From: Candidatus Parvarchaeum sp.
GTDB taxonomy: Archaea > Nanobdellota > Nanobdellia > Parvarchaeales > Parvarchaeaceae
Assembly (NCBI GenBank): GCA_049965555.1
Contig: JBMFWF010000009.1
Span: forward strand, 21,918-37,828
DNA: 15,911 nt
Direction: 5' to 3'
Made by a program: the position numbers and the translations under genes. Shown in pieces: positions 8,128 through 15,574 of the stretch. Under the pieces are notes generated by a model. The model worked only from the letters and a program-made list of their open reading frames with translations, had not been told where the DNA came from and made no database searches. Each line of letters starts with the position of its first letter. Position 1 is the first letter of the stretch.

Positions 8128-8201
8128 GGCCGCGAAGGGGATTTGAACCCCTGTCTAAAGGGCCACAGCCTTTTGTTCTGCCTAGCTAAACTATCGCGGC
8201 C
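8128..8201 (-). tRNA. tRNA-His(GUG), intronless, with genome-encoded G-1
   Basis: Folds as a cloverleaf: acceptor GCCGCGA/TCGCGGC, D-arm GTTT..GAAC, anticodon stem AAAGG/CCTTT with loop CT-GTG-GC, T-arm AGGGG-TTCAAAT-CCCCT. Discriminator C73 (8128) can pair with G-1 (8201). A full CCA is not encoded after C73. Confidence 0.96.
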
Positions 8202-8250
8202 ATTTTGCATTAAATATATTAAATCAGTATTATATTATTAATAGTTGACA

Positions 8251-8261
8251 TAAGATTATAA
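8251..8261 (+). promoter_or_regulatory. Putative TATA box of alaS
   Basis: TTATAA at 8256-8261, 28-23 nt upstream of ATG 8284, preceded by a purine-rich stretch. Confidence 0.45.
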
Positions 8262-8283
8262 CTTCAATAAACAAATAAATGTT

Positions 8284-10881
8284 ATGGAAAAAAGCGAAGT
8301 AGAAGAGATTATTAAGAAGAGAATGCAGGAGAATCCAAAGGAGCTTATCCCCGTTGATTCTCTAATCGAATTGGGTTTAAAAAGGTACAGATGCAAGGTC
8401 TGTGGCAAGAATTTTTGGAGTTTCACTGAAAAGGAAAAATGCGGAGATGTTGACTGCATAGGAGAATACACATTTTTCAACAAAAACATTTCGTCTCTTA
8501 AGGAAAGCTATGAAGGGATTTGGAAAGAATTTTCGCGCTTCTTCAAGAAAACAGGGCACAAGGAAATAAAACGCTATCCGGTTGTAGCAAGATGGAGAGA
8601 TGACATATATTTCGTAGAAGCCGCTATAGATGATTTCGCCCCTTATGTAATAAAAGGAATTGCGGAACCACCTGCAAACCCCTTAGTTATACCACAGATA
8701 TGCTTAAGGTTCAACGACATAAACAATGTTGGGTTGTCAGGAAGGCATCTGACAAGTTTCGTAATGGCAGAGGAAGCTGCATTCAATACAAAAAAGAAAA
8801 AGACGTATTTCGACAAAGAAGCTATAAAATACATAACAAATTGGATTTTGAATGGCCTAAAAATAAAAAAGGAGGAACTGACATTTATAGAGGATGCATG
8901 GGCGGGCGCAGGATATGCAGGCAGCTGCCTTGAATATTTTGCAGGCGGACTAGAGCTTGGAAACCAAGTTTACATGCGTTATGTTATAAGCGACAACAAA
9001 CTAGAAGAGATACCTACAAAGACAATAGATATGGGCGCGGGCCTTGAAAGGTGGTCTTGGGTAGTCAATAATACTCCTACAATATACGAAGCCACATTCC
9101 CAAAGGTTATAGAATTCATAAAAAGAAAGGTAGGCCTAGCTTATGATGATGAAGAAGTTAAAAAGATATATGAACACATAGGAAAGATAGACTTTGAAAA
9201 AGTTGGAATAGAAGATGCCATAAAAAGCATAGCAGAGGAAACAAAAAAAGATGAGCAGGAAATAAAGAAATTATTAAGCGACATGCAAGCTGTTTATTCT
9301 ATAGCAGATCACACTAGAACCTTGTTAGTAGCTATACATGACGGTGCACTGCCTAGCAACGTTGGTGGAGGGTACAATCTTAGGAACATACTGCGCAGAG
9401 CATTGAATTTCATACAGAGCAAAAAATGGGATTTGGATATAAATGAAGTAATAGAGGAGCACAAGAAAGAATTCGGCAGATGGTTTGAAGATCTAAAGAA
9501 TACAGAGACAAAGCCGATAATAGACAAGGAGATAGAAAGATACAAGGAATTCAGGGAAAGAAATGATCGGCTTATATCTTCTCTTTTGGAAAAGAAAGAG
9601 ATAAAAGAGGACGAAATGCTTGAACTGTATGAATCAAAAGGCATTACCATAGATGATATAAAAACGGTCGCTCAGATTGAAGGCAAGGAGATAGCTTTGC
9701 CGGAAAAGTTCTATAGCGACATAAACAAGGCAAAGAAGAGAAAGACAGAAAATGAGGATTACTCTTTTATACAGGGCATTGTGCCAACGAAAAAACTTTT
9801 CTATGACGAAAAAATCAAGAAACAGAAAGCAAAAGTAATAAAAATTGTAAGGCCGAACAAGTTAATACTTGACCAGACTATATTTTATCCTGAAATGGGC
9901 GGGCAGAAATCAGATAGAGGCAAGATAAACAATTCAAATGTAGTTAATGTTGAAATCAAGGATGATGTTATAATACATTACTTGGATGAAATAAACGGAT
10001 TCAAGGAAAACCAGGAAATCGAAATGGAGATAAACCCAGAAAGAAGAGAACTGCTAAGGAGGCATCATACCGCTACTCATATAATAAACCAGGCATGCCG
10101 CAGAGTTTTGGGGGAGTTTGTATACCAGAATGGAGCAGAGAAAGATATAGATCAAGCACATCTAGATGTAACTTACTTTGACAGGCTAAGTGAAGAACAA
10201 GTTAACAAGATAGAGAGACTTGCAAATGAAGTGGTTTCTGACAACATGAAGATCAAAGCAAACATTATGCCAAGAGAAAGAGCAGAAACAAAATATGGCA
10301 TGTCTATCTATCAAGGCGGTGTGGTCCCTAATGCGAATATACGTATAGTTAAGATAGACAAATACGATGTTGAGGCCTGCGGAGGGTTGCATTGCAACAG
10401 CACTGGTGAGGTCGGCTTGATAAAAATAGTAAAGACGGAAAGGATACAGGACGGAGTTGTAAGAATCGTCTTCAAGGCGTATAAGCCTGCCTTGGAATAC
10501 ATAGAAAAGAATGAAAGCATACTCCAAGGGCTTTCAAAAATGTGGAGTGTAAGCACAGATGACCTTAATAAAACCGCAGAAAGGATATTCAATGACTATA
10601 AAAAATATAAAGTAAGATTTGAAGAAAGTGAATTTTCTAGGATAAAGGAAATAATACAATCAAAGGATGATTGCGAGGTATACACTAAACTAGAAGAGCT
10701 TGGAATTGTTATAAATTATATTTTCAGCAATTCAAGCGGTTTAAAGGGCAAGAATATAATAATAAAAAGCGATAAAATGGGGATAGCTTTCCCGAATAAC
10801 CAAAAGAACTTGGAAAACCTTAAGGCAGTTTACCCGACAGTAAGGATCAAAGGAGAGATAATAATAGGGAACAGGGATTAA
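8284..10881 (+). CDS. alaS: Alanine--tRNA ligase (archaeal type, unsplit)
   Basis: N-terminal CKVC..CGDVDC, RYPVVARWRDD, PPANPLVIPQICLRFND, GLELGNQVYM, IDMGAGLER, IADHTR, PSNVGGGYNLR, DQTIFYPEMGGQ, and editing motifs HHTATH and ACGGLH. Confidence 0.97.
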   Translation: MEKSEVEEIIKKRMQENPKELIPVDSLIELGLKRYRCKVCGKNFWSFTEKEKCGDVDCIGEYTFFNKNISSLKESYEGIWKEFSRFFKKTGHKEIKRYPVVARWRDDIYFVEAAIDDFAPYVIKGIAEPPANPLVIPQICLRFNDINNVGLSGRHLTSFVMAEEAAFNTKKKKTYFDKEAIKYITNWILNGLKIKKEELTFIEDAWAGAGYAGSCLEYFAGGLELGNQVYMRYVISDNKLEEIPTKTIDMGAGLERWSWVVNNTPTIYEATFPKVIEFIKRKVGLAYDDEEVKKIYEHIGKIDFEKVGIEDAIKSIAEETKKDEQEIKKLLSDMQAVYSIADHTRTLLVAIHDGALPSNVGGGYNLRNILRRALNFIQSKKWDLDINEVIEEHKKEFGRWFEDLKNTETKPIIDKEIERYKEFRERNDRLISSLLEKKEIKEDEMLELYESKGITIDDIKTVAQIEGKEIALPEKFYSDINKAKKRKTENEDYSFIQGIVPTKKLFYDEKIKKQKAKVIKIVRPNKLILDQTIFYPEMGGQKSDRGKINNSNVVNVEIKDDVIIHYLDEINGFKENQEIEMEINPERRELLRRHHTATHIINQACRRVLGEFVYQNGAEKDIDQAHLDVTYFDRLSEEQVNKIERLANEVVSDNMKIKANIMPRERAETKYGMSIYQGGVVPNANIRIVKIDKYDVEACGGLHCNSTGEVGLIKIVKTERIQDGVVRIVFKAYKPALEYIEKNESILQGLSKMWSVSTDDLNKTAERIFNDYKKYKVRFEESEFSRIKEIIQSKDDCEVYTKLEELGIVINYIFSNSSGLKGKNIIIKSDKMGIAFPNNQKNLENLKAVYPTVRIKGEIIIGNRD

Positions 10882-10882
10882 T

Positions 10883-11350
10883 CTACTGTTTGAAATAAGC
10901 TATATAATTCAAAACCGATACGAATTTCAGCATCTTAGTCAAACTTTCTTCATCCATTGAATTTATAACATTTGCATTGAAGCTGATTTTTTTATTACCT
11001 GTATCATATATGGCAGACGGATTGCTAATTTTGTTCTCTGTTTTTTCATAGAAGAATTTAACCTTCTTACCATCAACTAAATATGATATAAAGCCGCTTT
11101 TATACAGGGGCTTAGAATCGTTTGAATAATCCTCTATATTTAGGAATAGATTGTACATTAGAGGGTAAATAGTATTATGTATTTCGTTTGTATACTCTAA
11201 ATCATCATCTAAATGCAATAAGTCTCGGTATGCAGTTCTTTGTCGGTATCTTTCAGGGATCAGCTTATCGACATCTAATGAAAACAGAACATCTTCGATT
11301 CTTCTTCTTGCGGAGTCCAATATATTACTATAGTTGTCCTGGTAAGGCAT
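10883..11350 (-). CDS. Hypothetical protein (155 aa)
   Basis: Fills the alaS-ileS gap exactly without overlap, has a TATA-like element upstream and normal soluble composition. No recognised family. Confidence 0.75.
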   Translation of the reverse strand: MPYQDNYSNILDSARRRIEDVLFSLDVDKLIPERYRQRTAYRDLLHLDDDLEYTNEIHNTIYPLMYNLFLNIEDYSNDSKPLYKSGFISYLVDGKKVKFFYEKTENKISNPSAIYDTGNKKISFNANVINSMDEESLTKMLKFVSVLNYIAYFKQ

Positions 11351-11407
11351 AACAATATTAATTTATAGAGGTTAATATATATAAATAAATGAGTTATTAA
11401 AGGTTCT
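11351..11407. promoter_or_regulatory. 57-bp divergent promoter with central shared TATA element
   Basis: ATATATATAAA at 11375-11385 gives TATATAAA 30-23 nt before ileS ATG 11408 and a minus-strand TTTATATATAT 35-25 nt before ATG 11350. Confidence 0.55.
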
Positions 11408-14400
11408 ATGGCCGAATTTTATAATGCTTCAGAAAATGAACAGAAGATAAATGAGGATTGGAAGAAAAAGAAGGTTTGGGAGAAGGCATTAAAGAAAAAC
11501 AAAGGCAAGGATAAATTCTACTTTTTAGACGGCCCTCCATTTGTAACTAATGAAGTACACCAGGGAACGATGTACACAATATTCATAAAAGATGCCATAA
11601 TAAGGTATAAACTTCTCAAAGGCTTTGATGTAAGGGCCCAGCCGGGCTGGGACACACAGGGCCTTCCAATAGAAGTAGTCGTAGAGAAAAAACTTGGCAT
11701 AAAAAACAAAAAGGAAATAAAGGATTTTGGGGAGGAAAAATTCGTAGAAGAGTGTAAAAACCTAGTTGAAAGCTATATCAAACTTAACACAAATATAATA
11801 CTTGATTATGGAGTACTTTGGTTCTATAACGAACCATATAGAACTTACAGAGACCAATATATAGAATCGGTATGGTATGGAATAAAAAACGCTTATGATA
11901 AGGGTTTACTTTACACTGGCTTAAAATCAACATGGTTCTGCGTAAGGTGCGGAACTCCTATGTCTAATTATGAGATAAGGGATAAATACTATGATAAAGA
12001 GGACAAATCCATATATGTTCTATTTGAGCTACAGGATGGGAGGTTCCTTTTAGTATGGACTACTACTCCATGGACCATACCTTCGAATGCCGCCATTGCA
12101 GTAAACAGCACTTTCAAATATATAGAAGTAGAAACTGAGGGCAAAAAGGTTATACTTGCAAAGGAAAGGGAAGGCGTGCTGAAAGACCTAAACAAAGAAT
12201 ATAAGATATTGAGGGAAATAGACGGAAAAGAACTTGTTGGATTGAGGTACAAACATCCTTTTGAAGATATTCCACAGATAAAGAAAAACGAAGACAAAGT
12301 TGGAATTGTTATAGACGGAAAAGAAGTGTCATCTGAAGAAGGAACGCCATTTGTTGAAATAAATGAAGGTACGGGATTAGTTCACTCTGCTCCTGGCCAT
12401 GGTGAATCTGACTATAAAATAGGAATGGCAAACAATCTGCCCATTCTTTCGCCTGTCAATGAAAACGGGAAGTTTACCGAAGAAAGCGGATGGTTAAATG
12501 GGGAAGACGTACTTAACGTAAATGATAAGATAATAGAATACCTCAGCAAAAAAGGTTTGTTATTCGCTGAGAAAAAGATAATTCATAAATACCCGCACTG
12601 CTGGAGGTGCAAAACACCATTAATAACAAGAGCAAGCCAACAGTGGTTTTTAAGCATAGCAAAGATAAAAGAAGAACTGATAAAGATATCCAAAGGTATA
12701 AAATGGGTGCCACCTATTTCAGAGGACATGTTTGAATCCTGGCTTGCAAATGCACAGGATTGGGTTATATCTAGGCAGAGGTACTGGAATACTCCTTTGC
12801 CTGTATGGAAATGCCAATCCTGCGAAAACACAATAGTTATAAGCAGCAAGAAGGAACTGCTTGAAAAAGCAAATTTAAAGGAGATAACTGATTTGCACAA
12901 AAGCAGCGTCGACAAAGTAATAATAAAATGTGAGAAATGCGGCGGAGATATGAAAAGGGTGCCGGATGTAATGGATGTTTGGATAGACTCTGGTTCGGCT
13001 TCGTTCGCTGCCCTAAATTATCCTGCAACTAAGGAAGAATTTGATAGGTATTTCCCTGCGGATTTCATTTCTGAAGGCAATGACCAGATAAGAGGCTGGT
13101 TTTACTCTTTACTTGTGATGGGCTACATAACAACTGGAAAACTGCCGTATAGAAATGTTTCAATGCACAGGTTTATAGTTGGAGAGGACGGTAACAAACT
13201 TTCAAAAAGCGAGGGAAATTACAAGCCAATATCAGAATTAATAAAGGAGGGATACAGCAGAGATGCTCTCAGGATTACTCTTCTAAAGCATAACTTGGAT
13301 GATGTCGCAGTCTTTACTTTAAATGACTTAAAGGACGATACAAAAACAATAAACCTGTTCTATAACTTAGGAAATCTTTATTTATCTGCAAAGGAAATAC
13401 TAAAAAATGAAAAAACGCAGGAGATTAACCTAAGGGTAGAAGATCGTTGGATAATATCAAAATGGAATAGAGTAAAGAGAGACGTTCAATCGGATCTGGA
13501 TAACTTCCGAACCGATTTTTCATTGAATAAACTTACTGATTTTCTTGTCAATGATTTAAGCAGAACATACATAAAACTCGCAAAGGGCAGAATGTTTGAT
13601 GATAATGACTACAGTGCATTTAAGACATTTGAGCATATACTTAAGGAATTGTCTATATCTACATCCGTATTCCTGCCTTTCATATCAGAGAAGATATTCA
13701 AAATGATAAACAGGCTTGGCAGTACAGTAACTGCAGAATTTCCTGCCGTCAATGAAGCGCTGATAGACGAGGAAATAGAAAACAGGATGGAAAGAACAAT
13801 GGAAATTCTACAAGGCGTACTTTCCGCCAGAGAAAAATTAAAAATTAACCTTAGAAGGCCGCTTAAAAAAGTGGCCATACCTACAGTACACTCCAGCCAA
13901 ATACTTGAAGACATAATAACAAGACTTGGCAACATACTACATGTTTCCTATGAATTAAATGCAGAAGACTTCGAACCCACTATCGACTTTTCTAAATTAA
14001 AACAAAGGATGCAACAAAATGATATAACTGTTGCAACCTCAAAATTCTTAGAGCTTACAAAGGAGACAGTTATAAGAAATTTAAGAGAAGGGCTTAAACT
14101 AAGCTCAGATGGAAAGGATTACAGCATACTTTCTACAGAAATTGACTTAAAGCCAAAATCAAAGGAAGAAGTTCAATTCACCACAGGCAAAGACATTATA
14201 CTTATAGATTCTGGAATAACAGATGAAGTTAAGCTATTGTGGATAAAGAGAGAGGTCATAAGAGCAGTACAGAACATAAGAAAGGAATTAAAGATGAACA
14301 GGACAGATTCGATAAAGCTTAGCATAGCAATAGACAATGAACCAAGCAACAGCATAAAAAATGCTATAATGAAAGAAGTGCTAGCAAAAACCGGCAGCGA

Positions 14401-14482
14401 AGAAGGGAAAACCGAAAAACTATTAAAAATACAAGATTTAAATATATCAAATAATAACATCGTTATAGAGGTATACAAATAA
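11408..14482 (+). CDS. ileS: Isoleucine--tRNA ligase (archaeal/eukaryote-like type)
   Basis: FLDGPPF..HQGT (HIGH equivalent), GWDTQGLPIE, editing WTTTPWTIPSN and GTGLVHSAPGHGESD, YPHCWRCKTP, DWVISRQRYWNTPLPVW, DVWIDSG, EGNDQIRGWFYSL, KLSKS (KMSKS equivalent). Confidence 0.97.
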   Translation: MAEFYNASENEQKINEDWKKKKVWEKALKKNKGKDKFYFLDGPPFVTNEVHQGTMYTIFIKDAIIRYKLLKGFDVRAQPGWDTQGLPIEVVVEKKLGIKNKKEIKDFGEEKFVEECKNLVESYIKLNTNIILDYGVLWFYNEPYRTYRDQYIESVWYGIKNAYDKGLLYTGLKSTWFCVRCGTPMSNYEIRDKYYDKEDKSIYVLFELQDGRFLLVWTTTPWTIPSNAAIAVNSTFKYIEVETEGKKVILAKEREGVLKDLNKEYKILREIDGKELVGLRYKHPFEDIPQIKKNEDKVGIVIDGKEVSSEEGTPFVEINEGTGLVHSAPGHGESDYKIGMANNLPILSPVNENGKFTEESGWLNGEDVLNVNDKIIEYLSKKGLLFAEKKIIHKYPHCWRCKTPLITRASQQWFLSIAKIKEELIKISKGIKWVPPISEDMFESWLANAQDWVISRQRYWNTPLPVWKCQSCENTIVISSKKELLEKANLKEITDLHKSSVDKVIIKCEKCGGDMKRVPDVMDVWIDSGSASFAALNYPATKEEFDRYFPADFISEGNDQIRGWFYSLLVMGYITTGKLPYRNVSMHRFIVGEDGNKLSKSEGNYKPISELIKEGYSRDALRITLLKHNLDDVAVFTLNDLKDDTKTINLFYNLGNLYLSAKEILKNEKTQEINLRVEDRWIISKWNRVKRDVQSDLDNFRTDFSLNKLTDFLVNDLSRTYIKLAKGRMFDDNDYSAFKTFEHILKELSISTSVFLPFISEKIFKMINRLGSTVTAEFPAVNEALIDEEIENRMERTMEILQGVLSAREKLKINLRRPLKKVAIPTVHSSQILEDIITRLGNILHVSYELNAEDFEPTIDFSKLKQRMQQNDITVATSKFLELTKETVIRNLREGLKLSSDGKDYSILSTEIDLKPKSKEEVQFTTGKDIILIDSGITDEVKLLWIKREVIRAVQNIRKELKMNRTDSIKLSIAIDNEPSNSIKNAIMKEVLAKTGSEEGKTEKLLKIQDLNISNNNIVIEVYK

Positions 14483-15024
14483 TGGTAAACACAAAAATAT
14501 ACAAAGTAGAAAATGTAGTAGCGAGTATCTCACTTAAGGTGCAGATACCATTAAACAAACTTAAGAAGTTGCCAAATACAAAATACAATCCGGAGCAGTT
14601 CCCTGGATTGGTGTTCAGGTTCCCAGACATGCATGTAACATTTCTTGTCTTCGGAAGCGGCAAGCTTGTTTGCACAGGAGGAAGGTCAAAAGAAGACATA
14701 AAGACTGCGATGGCAAGGCTCCTGAAAGAACTGAAGAAAGTGGGCGTTACTGTTAAAAATGAATGGAAAATAGACATACAAAACATAGTTGCAAGCGGCA
14801 ATCTCAATAGAACGTTGGACTTAAACAAGATAGCCTACAACATAGATGAAACGGAGTACAATCCCGAGCAGTTCCCTGGACTTGTTTATAAGTTGGTAAA
14901 TTCAAAAATAACCTTTCTTTTGTTTGGAACCGGGAAGATAGTATGCACTGGCGCTAAAAACGTGGAAGAAATAGATGAAGCCATAAAGGTTCTTATAAAC
15001 GCAATAAAGAAAGCTGCAAATTGA
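14482..15024 (+). CDS. tbp: TATA-box-binding protein
   Basis: Two internal repeats: ENVVAS..YNPEQFPGLV..TFLVFGSGKLVCTG and QNIVAS..YNPEQFPGLV..TFLLFGTGKIVCTG. Start overlaps the ileS stop (TAATG). Confidence 0.98.
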   Translation: MVNTKIYKVENVVASISLKVQIPLNKLKKLPNTKYNPEQFPGLVFRFPDMHVTFLVFGSGKLVCTGGRSKEDIKTAMARLLKELKKVGVTVKNEWKIDIQNIVASGNLNRTLDLNKIAYNIDETEYNPEQFPGLVYKLVNSKITFLLFGTGKIVCTGAKNVEEIDEAIKVLINAIKKAAN

Positions 15025-15031
15025 GGTTATA

Positions 15032-15490
15032 ATGAGAAATAGGAAAGCTTTAGATTACATAACAATATCCTTTAGTCTGCTCGGCCTTGCTGCGATGCTG
15101 TATCTTCTTTTGTCATTTACTTTGAATTTAATATCCAAAAACAGCTGTGATATAATAAGCTCTGTAGTGAACTGTTCAAAGGTTGTTACAAGTAATTATT
15201 CAACTTTATTTGGGATAGACTGGTACTACTATGGCATAGGCTTCTTTTCAGTTATACTTTTATTTTCTGTTTTAAGATTATTCAATAAGAAGGAAAAGCT
15301 AAACAAAAGATTTGCGCAAGTGATATTCGCACTAAGCATATTTGGAACTGGAATTGCCTGCTACTTAATATATGTCGAAATCTTCCTGGTTCATCACATT
15401 TGTATATTATGCACCACAGGACACATAGCTATATTCGGCCTATTGATAACTTCTATTTTCAGATTTACAAAATTCAAAGACTCAATTTGA
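15032..15490 (+). CDS. Vitamin K epoxide reductase (VKOR) family membrane thiol-disulfide oxidoreductase
   Basis: Four TM segments, loop cysteine pair SCDIISSVVNCSKV followed by SNYSTLFGI, and active-site CXXC (ICILCTTGH) at the start of the last helix. Confidence 0.92.
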   Translation: MRNRKALDYITISFSLLGLAAMLYLLLSFTLNLISKNSCDIISSVVNCSKVVTSNYSTLFGIDWYYYGIGFFSVILLFSVLRLFNKKEKLNKRFAQVIFALSIFGTGIACYLIYVEIFLVHHICILCTTGHIAIFGLLITSIFRFTKFKDSI

Positions 15491-15574
15491 TTAAAATTTT
15501 TCTTTAAGAAATAAATATAGCTTGCGCTATTAAAAATGAAAAACCTTACCGGTTTTAAATGTGACTGTGTGATT

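Noticed and set aside
8128-8240. tRNA intron, integration site, or leaderless (RNase P-independent) tRNA promoter
   Set aside because: The cloverleaf is complete without insertion; no duplicated tRNA 3' end or integrase seen; upstream TATA-like candidates (starting about -22 and -33) do not clearly fit transcription starting at G-1.
1589-14482. Clustering of three aminoacyl-tRNA synthetases as a dedicated system
   Set aside because: They appear to be separate transcription units interleaved with unrelated genes; high density of translation genes is expected in a small genome.
2098-14828. Numerous 60-127-aa alternative-frame and antisense ORFs in the track (e.g. 2098-2448, 2936-3274, 3703-4086, 5986-6327, 9309-9650, 14463-14828)
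   Set aside because: All overlap well-supported genes and most show the Ser/Phe/Ile-rich composition expected from the antisense of Lys/Glu-rich genes; no independent motifs.
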